From assembly GCA_900088475.1 (NCBI GenBank), contig FLMG01002622.1, forward strand, positions 1-64,000: a stretch of DNA of 64,000 nucleotides. The letters run 5' to 3'. The position numbers were made by a program, and so were the translations under genes. Source of the DNA: Hyphochytrium catenoides (taxonomy: Eukaryota > Protista > Hyphochytriomycota). Positions 23,354-34,727 of this stretch are shown here, piece by piece (positions within the stretch are counted from its first letter, which is position 1; every line of letters starts with the position of its first letter). The notes beneath the pieces were generated by a model, which was given only the letters and a program-made list of their open reading frames with translations, did not search any database and was not told where the DNA came from.

Positions 23354-26300
23354 ATGAGACTGCTGCCTTTACTCTCTGTTCTTCTGTGTCTGTCGTGCCT
23401 CACCTCAAGTCAAGCCGCAGAAGAAGAGACAGAGAAGAAAGAAGGGAAATTTCCTGTCTGGGACTATTCGAACATTAGCGACTGGGCCAACCTCTGCTTG
23501 AAGACAGGCGGCGACCCTCGCTCTCTTATGGCGGGAAAGTGCTGCAACCCAGGCGCAACGCCTAGCAATTTCTATCCAAACTTAGCGCCTCATCCGTGCC
23601 CCAAGGGATACTATTGCCCCTTCATCTCCCCAGCCTCGGGCTCCTCTTTCCCGCAGTACTGCCCTCCGGCGCCGCTCTGTGGCGTGGGACTCCTGCAGGG
23701 AAGACTCTGTCCACCGCAGTCTCTCTTTCAACCACTCGTCTGTCCTAAGAGTTATTACTGCCCGCAGCGCAGCCTTTGGAAGGAAGGGGATGGAAAAGAG
23801 TATTTCTTTGCAAATGAGACGGTTATCTGCCCTGAGGTAAGAGACCAGAAAGTTCCAAGGAAGGGAGATAGAGTGAGGAGGAGTGGGAAAGGTTGCAGTG
23901 TCTGTGTCTCTCTCTCACAGTCTCTCAATTCTGCCAAACATCAATGACGTTTGACTCCTCCATCGCTCTCTTCACCCACTTTCTGTCTTTAGTCACTTTC
24001 TAACGCGGATCTCTCTCTCTCTTATCCCCTCCTCCCCCCTGTCCCTTTCGCTTCCCTCTTTGTCTCTCTCTCTCTCTCTCTCTCTCTNNNNNNNNNNNNN
24101 NNNNNNNNNNNNNNNNNNNNNCTCTCTCTTCTCTCTCTCTCTCTCTCTTTTCCTTACAGGATCACTACTGCCCACAGGGTCAGTCTGATCCTATCCCGTG
24201 CTCTCCCCTGTCTCAATGCCCTGAGGGTTCGGCCTCGCAGCGATATTATGGAGGGCTTATCTTTGCTCTTATCATCGATCTCTTTTTCCTGTTCTTCATG
24301 GTCGGCCTGAGAGGGCTGATCCACAGAGAAAAGAAACGTTCTCTCTCTTGGGCGGAAGAATGTACGAAGGAGGCGACAAAGCACGGAGTATCCCAGCAGA
24401 GCCCGACGAATAAAGTGAAAGGAAGTGTTGCGGGCTTTGTCATGAGTCAAGACTGTAAGTGCATCTTCTCTTACCCTCTTTCTCCCGCTCCCTGCTCTCT
24501 CTCTCTCTTTTTCTCCTCCTTTTACTCTCGCTTTGCGATCTGCTCTACGGTGCGGGGTCACTCTTCAACTATTTGGATGCATGTCGCTAGATCTCCGTTC
24601 TGACATTTGCGTACATTCCTCTTGGATGCCTGATTTCTGTCTCGCTGTGCCTCGTGTCTCTCTCACTCTCTTTTTTTTCTCCTCTCGATTTCTTGAGAAT
24701 TCAGCTTAACCTTTGTCCTTCGCTCTCCTGTGCATCCTCCGCCATTTCTCTCTCCCTCCCACTCTTTCTCTATTATCTAGTCAAATCGGCCAAGAAGGCA
24801 ACTTCCCATATTTCTTCTCTGCCGTGGGTGGAGCAGCTTATCGGAAACTTCCGTCAGGGAAGAGGAAATGTCCGCGAGCTATCCTTCGAGTTCAGGAATC
24901 TGGGCCTTCATATCCCAGAGAATGTGTGCAAAGAGCCTGGCGGCAGGACTCTTCTCAAGAATGTGAACGGCCAGCTTCGAGCAGGGAAGGTGACTGCCAT
25001 CATGGGACCGTCAGGTGAGGAGAGAACAGAGGCGAGAGACGTTAATAAAGAGCGACAATGAGAGAAAGACAGAGCATCACAGGCGAGGGAAGAGAGAGCG
25101 AAGTCGAGAGCATATATATAGAGAAACAAGAGCTGATACTACGGGAAGGAGAAACAAGAAAGAGAGAAAAGAGGAGAGAGAGAGAGTTTTTTGCGGAGAA
25201 GAGGACTTGCGTGAGCACGGCGATCAACAGGTGGAAGACCTTAAGAGAGAACGCAGCCGCCGATACGAACAACAAAGAAACAGGAGAAATTAGGGCTGGT
25301 GTTTGACAAAGTAGCGAGAAGCTCATAGGACAGAGAAAGAGAGGAACATAGAGATACCCTCAAAGAGAGATGAGTGTGGTGGGTGTGAGTGAGAGAGAGA
25401 GGTACCTTGAGAGAGTAGACGCTCCCGCTGGACATCATCTTATATAATCCACCAGGCGCGGGCAAGACGAGTTTCTTCATGGCTCTCATGGGGAAGACAG
25501 AAAAGTCCCACAAGCTGTCGGGCCAGTTGTTGATCAACGGCGTGGAGGTGCCAGCCTCAACGTACAAGTCCATCATTGGGTAATGCCCCATCTCTCTCTT
25601 CCTCTGAGTTCCCTGCTTCTTCCCTCTGTTCAAGTTGCACATAAGCTCTCTCCTTTGTCGCTCGCACCGTCCTTAGTCTCTCTTTCATTGCCTATTCTTT
25701 GCTCCTCTTTCTCCCACGTGTGTTTCTATCTTTCTCGTCGTCTCTCTCTCTCGCTCCGCTCTTTGTCTCTCTCTTTCTTCTTTCTTCTCCCTCTCTTCTC
25801 TGTGTCTTTATGCCTCTTTGGCTGTCTTCTATTTTCTACTTCTCTAATCTCTGTCCTCTGTCTCTCTCTTCTTCTTTCCTTCCATCTTCCGTCTCTCTCT
25901 TCCTACCTCTCCACAGTTATGTTCCTCAGGAAGACACTATGATTCGCGAGCTGACTGTGAGAGACAATGTGCTTCACTCCGCCCGCTGCCGGCTGCCTTC
26001 CTCCTGGACCGATGAGAGGAGGAGAAAGCACGTCGACGTTATTCTGCAGACTCTGATGCTGCACAAGGTAAAGGCAACAGGCGGCCAGGGGAAGGGGAGG
26101 AGGGGAGAGGGTAGCAACTGACTAGGTTCTGAAGGAGGATACTGAGAGGGAGCCGACTCTACCTGCTCCCGACGTGATTCTCTCTTTTTTTACTAACTCT
26201 CTCTCCTTTTTCTCTCTTTCTCTCACTCTTTTGCTTCCCTCTCTGGTGTTTAAAGGTTGCGGAGAGTCAAATCGGAGACGAGAGTACCCGAGGTGTCTCA

Positions 26301-29066
26301 GGAGGACAGAGAAAGAGAGTCAACGTAGCTATGGAGTTAGCCGCCATTCCTACCGCTCTCTTCCTTGACGAACCGACGAGTGGACTTGACTCTTCCTCTG
26401 CTCTACTGCTCTGCAACACGCTGAACACGCTGGCGAAGGTAGAGAGAATGGGATGTGGGGGAGAGAGTGGGGGGGAGTGAGAGAATAGGGAATATGCTTT
26501 CCTTCATGTTACCTCTCGTGTCTCTCCCACTGTCTCACTCTCTCTTCTGTGTTTTGAGTCTTCGTGTCTCTGTCTCTAGCGCTCGCCTTTCTCTCTGCGT
26601 CCCCTTCTTTCTCTTCTATTTTGTCCCATGGCTGGTCTTAACTCGTAGAACTTTCCTTCCCCTTCAATCTTTCTCTCATCATGCTCTTTGTGGGCCTCTT
26701 TCTCCACTCCTTTTCTCATATGCCTCGCGCTTACCAGGGATGTCTCACCCTCATTGTCCCTTCCATTCTATCGGGTCTCTCTTCCTCCTCTGTCCCCCCC
26801 GCACTCACGCAAAATTCTGTTTGCTTCTACCTCTTGTCTTCCCCTCCCTCTCCCCCTTCTTTCTCTCCCTCTTTCTCTCCCTCTTTCTCTCCCTTCTTTC
26901 TCTCTCTCTATCTCTCCCTCTTTCTCTCTCCCCCTTCCTCTCCCTCTCCCTCTCCCTCGTCCTCTCCCTCTTTCTGTTCCTGTCTCAATGCGCTACAGCG
27001 CACTAGCCTCACCGTGGCGATGGTTATTCATCAGCCTCGACCAGAGATCTTCAACGCTCTGGATGAGCTTTTATTTCTTGCGCCAGGAGGTCTAACCGTT
27101 TATCAAGGGCCGCAGCAGCTGGTCCGGAAGTATTTCCAAGAGCTGGGCGGGATGGGGCTGGAGGAGGGAGACGACAACATCGCTGACGCGCTGATGGACA
27201 TGATCGCGGTCAATGCCGACCAGCTCGTGGAGACCTGGACTTCTAAGGGTAAGACACCGTGGATTTAGAGAGAAAGAGGAGAGAAGGAGAAGAGAGATAA
27301 CAAGATTGAGAATGGAAAGGAGAGAGACGTAGAGAGAGCAAAAAGGAAGGTAGAGACAGAGAAAGAGATGATCTCAAGTAGGAAGAGAGAGAGAGAATTG
27401 GGACAGGACGGGGAGTGATAGAATTCTTAGAGGAATAGCCACGTGCGAGCACAAGATGAAGAGAAACTGGAAGTAAGAGTGACTCACAAAAGTGACCAGT
27501 TGGAAGACATGCATGCAAAGGAGAAAGACAAAGAGAAAGAAGGGGGGAAGCGAGGGAGAGAAATAGAGGGGAGAAAGAGAGCAAGAGAGGAGGAGCTGGT
27601 CTAGCGGGGGAAAAAGGCACTAATTCTTCTGCTTTTTCCTCTTCAGGAGTGACTTGGGTCCAATCGCACTCTATCCGGCCCATCATCTCGGAAGACCTGG
27701 ACAACCAGGAGACACCAGTCAATCTCTCTCCAACTCCTTCCACGGTCAGTGCCTCCTACAAGGGCATCATAGACTTTGGAGGAAGAGACAAAGTTAGGCC
27801 TGAGACGACAGACCCTCCATCTGCCAGTACTAGCGGTAAACTGGTTAGTGGAAAGGTGGTCGTGGGTGCTGGTGGAGGAGAGAAAGGCTCAGGAAGCACG
27901 GGAGCGAAAGACGGACATCCTGTCATCGAGCCTCGAGGTGCCTCTTTCTTAGGACAGTTCCTCTTCTGTCTCATGCGGAGCTGCAAACAGCAGTACTACT
28001 ATAAGATGGGAACCTTTCTCTATGAGATGTCTCTCGCTACCTTCGCGGCTCTCTTTGTCTATAAGACGGCGAGAGAGTACCGATCCTCTCTCTCTGGCAC
28101 CTACGTCCTCATATCTCCAGCTCCTGACTACGCTGCCATCGTAATGATGGGGCTCACTTTGGGCTTCTTCATCGGAATAGCTGGCGCCTCTCCCGCCGTG
28201 AAGTTCTTTACTGATGAGCAGGTTCGTCCTGCCGCCTCTCCTGCCTTAAATTTACTTCCTCAGCCCTTGCCACCGTCTCTCTTCGTTGCACTGTTTCCTC
28301 CCTCCTTCCCTCACTTCAGTCTCGCTTCGTTTCCTTCCTTCTTTATGCTCCTCTTCGTTTGTTCTCTTTTCTTCCTCATCCTATCGTCAGTGGTTCTGTT
28401 GCTTTTCTGCGCAGTCTCATTCTGTCCTTTCTCTTTTTGCCATCCTCGCTATTCAGACATTACTCTCATCCTCCTACTTCCCAATCTCAAGAAGAGATGC
28501 TCTTATCTTCGCTCTCTTACGTTTCTCTCGCTGGGCAGGTGGTCTACTGGCGGGAAGCAGCCTCGGGTCACAATCGCTTTGCCTACTTCTGTGCGAAGAA
28601 CGTCGCTGCCTTTCCACGAATGCTCCTCGCGTCCGTCAACTTCTCTGCGCTGTATGTCTATATGGCAGCGCCAGTGCTAGATTACTACGTCTTCTGGATC
28701 ATCTGTCTCGCGATGTGGTATGGCGTGTACGGCCTTGCAACGCTGGTTTCCACGGCTAGCAAGAAGGACAATGCGTCTCTCTTTGCCACGATCATGGTCA
28801 TCTTTGCTGCTATCTTCAACAGCACGGCCAACTTCCCCGAGGCGCTGGTGCAGACCTCCTACATGTTTTACGCTACAGAGGCTATCCAGAGCGAGATGGG
28901 CGAGTACTTCCTTGATATTTATGCAGTGGAAGAGGCTGGACAGGTGGTGGGCTTCACTGCTGACCGTGTAGTCTATGATTTACTAGTGATGCTGGCGATT
29001 GGATGTCTTTATAGAGTACTGGCCTACGCCGCCCTGGTATGGTTCAATAGGGACAAGCAGCGCTAA
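23354..29066 (+). CDS. ABCG (White-type) half-transporter with N-terminal signal peptide and Cys-rich extracellular domain; 9 exons
   Basis: Exons 23354-23836, 24160-24454, 24781-25014, 25456-25579, 25917-26067, 26256-26438, 26999-27248, 27647-28221, 28539-29066. Walker A GPSGAGKT, YVPQED, signature VSGGQRKRV, Walker B LFLDEPTSGLD, H-loop VIHQPR, VYWREAASG; CPKGYYCP repeats. An in-frame upstream ATG exists at 23240. Confidence 0.94.
24088..24121. other. Assembly gap inside a (CT)n microsatellite
   Basis: Run of N flanked by CT repeats. Confidence 0.99.
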
Positions 29067-32062
29067 GCGTAGGGAGACGCTGCGAAGAAGGAGAGACCCA
29101 AGAAAGAGAGAGGTAGCGCTGGGCTAGCTGGTAGGCAGCGATAGTAAGAGGACGCTAAGCTCTAAGTAGTAGTAAATGAGAAAAAACAAAGCAAATCATC
29201 GTCTTTCTAATATGAACGGCATTATGAGCAGCACGGCGAAGGGCAAGAGAGCTGACGCGTAGAATGGAGAGATAGAAAGAGAGGTGGACAGAGCAGGGAG
29301 AAGCATCCAGTGTCATATCTCGAGTCATCTTTCCGGAAAGCAATTGGCTGGCTGGGTATGTTGAACTCCACTCACTCTGACATCGTGATCACCTGTTGTT
29401 GCCCTTCTGCTATAAAGCTCATTGACAGCTGCTATTCGAGGTCGTAGGGTTGAAAGCGAGGAGAATGATGAGGTGGGGGAAGGAGTAGGTCGCGTCAGTA
29501 TTATCATCAGTACGTCTTGCTCTGAGCTTATGCCCACAACCCAGCCTCACTGCTGTGCAAGCTTGTACTCGCTGCCTGGCTTCGGCCTACTATGGGTTAG
29601 GTATGACGCCGGACAACAGATTGAAGACAGAGCCGCCAGGAGACTGTCTCTATCTCTGTCGAGGCGAACTCACTGGCATTTGCTACCCCTTGGATGCAGC
29701 CTTAAGAAGTGACCATGACCCTCTCCTGACCAGCCATAACCCCATATTTCTTTGGCTGGCAAGCTCTATCCATCGCCGGCCTACTACTTCCGTCATTCCT
29801 GCATCAGAGGTGAGTCACATACTACTTTGTAGCGGGAGGAGGAAGCATGATGGTGATGTGAAAGATGAGCCCGAGGAACTTTTCCCCAGCACGTGAAACT
29901 GCATTCTCTTCTTGGCCGGGCTCCTTCTTCTCCTTTCAACCTTTCTACATTCTCTATTCTTCCCTGCATATGAGCGTCACAGAAAGCGGAGCGTCCATGG
30001 CTAAAGAGTAGCACTGCGGCTTGCTTGAAGAGTTGAAAGTAGCAGAGGTATCACAGACAGAGAAAGAAGCCCGTCTCTTTGTCCTCCTTTGCGGTTGCCG
30101 ACTCTATCTATCTTTTCACCTGCAGCAGTCAATGACCGTGCTCCTCGGGCACACAGTGTTGGGACACTATCCTCCTCCTCTCTCCTAGCCGCATCAGCGT
30201 TATAGTGACTTCCTCTTCGCTCTACTAGAACCAGCAAGTCCTTCTATATATGTGCCAGTCGGTACTGCTTCTTCCTCCTATCTACTGAGTACTGAGACAC
30301 CATAGGAAGAGGACCGACTAGCAGGTGTCTGGGCGCAGGCGCGCAGGACTCGTGACTGAGGGGACAGCGGCCCTGAACAGCATTGTTTATTCCTGGCACT
30401 CTGGGTTAATGCGGCCTGGCTCTCTTCAGAAAGGAGACTTCTCTTCTTCTTGCTCGTCTTCTCTCTCTTTCTTTTTCATGCTGCTTCTTTGCCGAGCCAT
30501 CTCTTCTCTCACTTTCATCTCCTTTTATACCCACAGCCAAGACGATTGCCCTTGCTCAGGAAGAGGAATGCTACTGACATACCGGTCATCCATCCAGCAG
30601 ACTTCTCAGAAAGTCTTAGGGTTAGCGTTGTCTCTCTTATCCGAGGGAAAGACTATTTGAGACCCCTCACGAAGTCTTCTTGTGCTTCTTTATTTGAGCT
30701 GAAGTCTGGAAAGCCAAGGCAAAGACGGAGCCTCGGCATTGGAATCAGTCACAAGTTAGGTCTCATCGCCACTGCCATCCTTTGTCTACGTGCGGTACTA
30801 GAGCGATGCAGAGCCCTTATCGGCTCCATTGCTGTCACCTCGTCGCCGTTTTGCAGTCCACGATCTCAATGCTGGCCATGCGGTTGAGCCTCTTCTATTT
30901 CCAGACCTCTCCTGGTCTGCTCTTCGGTGCGAGGATCAGCAAGATAGCGGTCTTTAAAGGCGCTGATATTCTGATAACGTCCGGCCCTACTAAGTTCCTG
31001 ATCTTGATAATGAGGGCTTCCTTCCAGCATCGTGGCCAGGGGTCGATGGCCATGCTTGGCGGATCTTATACCATTATAGCTCTGTCTTTTGCGTTGTAGA
31101 GTCACCTGCAGGATCCTCGGAGTGGCTCTTCCTCTAGTGACGGAAGAGCGAGTCCTGCCGCGGGAATTCTTAAGAAAAGGCGATGATCCGCTGGTTTGCC
31201 CTAATTCCTGGACCTCTTCTCTTTGGAGCTCCCTCCGTTAGCTTGCGCTGCTAGCGCCACTGTCTATTTGGCAAGATTCACAGACAGCTGCCGGAAGGAT
31301 TGGCGACCCATGACTCTTCTTTGATCTTGGGCGACCAGTGCGCTGTTTATCAGCTAATATATTGTGTGACCGGGAGCCTCACCCTCAACCATTGAGGATA
31401 AACTGACAAGCGACACCTAGGCTTTCGGAAGAATTCCTTCGTGATAGCGCTGTGACCATCGGTCCTTGTCTCCTCTTCCAGTTCGCACTAGAGAAACCAG
31501 GGAGAAGAATATCAACTGGTCCTGCAGCAGGTGGGAGTGAACGGCCTGATAGGGTAAGAGGTTGGGCCAGGCCTCCTCTTCTGACGGAGGAAGGACCAGT
31601 CTGCGTAAAGGGGAAAGATACAGCTGGCCACGCGCCACTTATGGCCGGCTCTTAGCACGAAGCAACCACGCTGATGAAGCCAGAGAAGACCCGTCGCTCA
31701 CCTTTGAAATAGAAAGCGTTACCACGAAGTCCTCTCAGGCATGGAGAGGAGATAGAGTCTAGGACTATATCAACGACGAGGGCCACGATAGTAGAAGGCT
31801 ATGATCTAAGCAGAATGCTATGATCTAAGCAGAATGTTTGCCCTGTATATGAGCTACTGGAGAATCAAGAGTAATAAGCTTGGTGCTAGGGAGAAAGAGA
31901 CCGGGGGAGATGCTCCTTCTCCGTCTCTTTCAACACTAAAAGTCGAGCTATTCCCTTCTCTCCTCCTCCCCTTCGCTCTCCTCGCTCGGCACCTTGTGTG
32001 CTGCCATCTTGGTTCTTCTCTTACGTAACCAGCACCAGGCAGGGCACACGGGCCATAAGCGA

Positions 32063-32356
32063 GCAGCAGCAGCAGTAGCAGTAGTAGTAGCAACAGCAGC
32101 AGCAGGAGGAGGAGCAGCCTTGCTATCTCGCAGCAGCAGCCTTGCTATCTCGCAGCAGCAGCAGCAGCAGGAGCAACCTTGCTATCTCGCAGCAGCAGCC
32201 TTGCTATCTCGCAGCAGCAGCAGCAGCAGGAGCAGCAGCAGCAGCAGCAGGAGCAGCAGGAGCAGCAGCAGCAGCAGCAGGAGCAGCAGCAGCAGCAGGA
32301 GCAGCAGGAGCAGCAGCAGGAGCAGCAGGAGCAGCAGCAGCAGCAGCAGCAGCAGG

Positions 32357-32387
<31 letters not shown>

Positions 32388-32395
32388 GCAGGAGC

Positions 32396-32450
<55 letters not shown>

Positions 32451-32472
32451 GGAGCAGCAGCAGCAGCAGCAG
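32063..32472 (+). repeat. Compound (GCA/CAG)n trinucleotide tract with four copies of a 22-nt unit
   Basis: ~260 nt of GCA with GGA/GTA interruptions (32211-32472), preceded by CCTTGCTATCTCGCAGCAGCAG at 32118, 32140, 32177 and 32199. Confidence 0.97.
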
Positions 32473-33085
32473 ACGAGGAAAAGGCTGATGAAGATGTTGA
32501 CAAGGAGAAGAGCGCAAGGATTGAGCTTTGACTCGAACTGAGGATCGAGATCAATGATAGGTCACCTGAAGGTGAGAGACAGAGTGACATTTAAACAGAC
32601 GAATCCCGTAGCACCACACCGAGAGATTTCAGAAGGAAGCCAATAGAGAAGGGAGAAACGTTTTCTTTTTTGGGGGGGAGGGGAGGATCAACAACCTTTG
32701 TTATTTTCGTTCATTTATTTGTTAGTACAGGATCTGGACAGGTTTTCGCTATACCCCCTTCGGTAGGCAGCAGGAAACCTAAAAAGATACCCCTACTCTG
32801 GAGTATACATACGATTTCATTATTATCGATATCTTCCACGGATAAAATCGGATAAACTCGGTGGTATCAAAATCGGGTCCTTGTTCCGTTATGGTTGTGG
32901 CTCACAAGGAGGGAGGAGGAGGGAAGTGGATCATCAGAAAGGTGGCCCGCCCCAAAGGCACTCTTGGACGTTCAAAAAGGCAGTCATTTTATTAGAAGGA
33001 AGGAGGAGGAAGAGATCACAAGCCTTTGGCCTGCCATTGAAGATGGAAGCACTGGACACGATGATTGGAAGGGGGAAGGAGAGAG

Positions 33086-33117
<32 letters not shown>

Positions 33118-33911
33118 AGAGAGAGAGAGAAGAGAGAGAGAGACAGACGGCAAGGTATAAGAGTTAGAAGTAGCGAGAGAGAATTGGTAAGGACTCATAG
33201 TAGTGAGAGGAAGGAGATAACTTCTAAGGCCTAGGAAGGTCTTCTTCCATCGCTTTGCGCATTTCTTAGGTGTCATGGTGCCTCTGTGTTGGCTGTCACG
33301 TAGTCTGTTTATATGCTACAAGGTGTAGCGGAGAGAGGGAGAGAGAGCAAAGGGAGAGAGAGAGAGAGAGAGAGAGACAAAAGATATTTACACTCTGTCT
33401 TACTTCTTGCGTAGAGCTTGAGCTAGAAGAATGTTTTGCCTACGAAGAGAAGATGAAGAGAGTTGAGACAGCGGATAGTTCTACGAGTACTTGAGAGGGA
33501 GACTGCCCCCACTCTCTTCTTCTCTTCATGACAGCAAGCATCCAAGGTTTATAAAGATAGTACTCGTAGATACAGCGCAGCTCAGTCATCGATCACTCCA
33601 CAAGCTGAAGTTGTCTCCGCGCCAGAAGAAGTCACTCTCTTCCCAATCAATAGTATCTCTCTTATTCACGGTGCCCTGCCAACTGTCGTCGTCGAGCATT
33701 GCCTGCTGTCTAGTCCTACATCAACCAGCCAGTGCTCCACTCATTGACAGCCGCCGCAGAAGCCAGCCAGCCTCATGCAAAATAGTCAGGGATTGCTCTC
33801 AAGTCGTGGACACTAGAGAAAGAGACATCGCACTCAGTCGTGGAGAGAGAGACAGCAGGAACCCTTGTAAGCAGTTCAATCCCTTTCCTCTTATGACTGA
33901 CTCTCGACAGT

Positions 33912-34727
33912 ATGATGTGGCTGGGGTTGTGCTTTCCCCTTCTCCTCTTGCCCTTCCTTATATTGGCTTCCGGCTTGATCCTGAAGTGGGCGGCGGACCA
34001 GCCTCTCAAAGCCAAGTTTGCGGCAGGATTTCTCTGTGGATTCCTCCTGGCCGCGAGTGTCTTCTCTCTCCTGGTCAATGCAGGTTGTCTCTCTTTCGAC
34101 TCTGGCGGCTTTAGGCTGGGTGTCCCATTGATCGCGATCGTCTTGGGCTACGCTGCTGCCACACTCATGGGTTATATGATCAAGCTCTATCCAGGGTCGC
34201 TCCTAGCTGACGCGATACTGGCCTCAGGACCATGGATCCTAGCAGGATATCTTGGCCTCATCGTCATTGCATTAGGGGTGTCACTTGCCACTGCTTCCTC
34301 TGCAGCCTTATCGGCCATGGCTACCTATGGACCGCTCCTGGTGTGGTTGCTATCTGTGTCTGCCTCGGGTCTGTACCTCAAGACGAGACCAAACCAGCAA
34401 CGAATTGACGTTGGCACACGCCACTTCGTCTTCTGCTGCTGCTGTTGGGGCGGGTTAGGCCTGCTAATCGTTGCGATGGCATTGCTAATCTTCGTGGCAA
34501 CACTCTTCTCAAACTCAGCAAGAGGTTCGTCTTCATCCGCCTGGAGCTGGACCATGTTTGTTGCTCCGCCTATGGTTGTCATCGTCCTCTTAGCTGTTGC
34601 TCTGTGCCGCTATGGATTTCTCTCCCAGCTGGAGAAGCTCAAGCACGAAACAGCGATCCCTGTGCTTTATGAAGAAGAGCCCGTTGCCGTGGAGGTGGTC
34701 TTGGTGGCCGAAGAAAGGCAAAGATAA
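33912..34727 (+). CDS. Intronless 7-TM membrane protein, paralogue 1 (most divergent)
   Basis: 271-aa ORF with seven hydrophobic segments; family motifs WAADQP, AGFLCGFLLAA, AILASGP, GTRHFVFCCCCWGGL, GFLSQ. Confidence 0.85.
   Translation: MMWLGLCFPLLLLPFLILASGLILKWAADQPLKAKFAAGFLCGFLLAASVFSLLVNAGCLSFDSGGFRLGVPLIAIVLGYAAATLMGYMIKLYPGSLLADAILASGPWILAGYLGLIVIALGVSLATASSAALSAMATYGPLLVWLLSVSASGLYLKTRPNQQRIDVGTRHFVFCCCCWGGLGLLIVAMALLIFVATLFSNSARGSSSSAWSWTMFVAPPMVVIVLLAVALCRYGFLSQLEKLKHETAIPVLYEEEPVAVEVVLVAEERQR

Noticed and set aside
7600-29000. Numerous RERERE / LSLSLS ORFs in the ORF track
   Set aside because: They are translations of (AG)n/(CT)n microsatellites in introns and intergenic DNA.
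29300-31800. Protein-like ORF fragments
   Set aside because: Multiple stops, no motif and no consistent strand.
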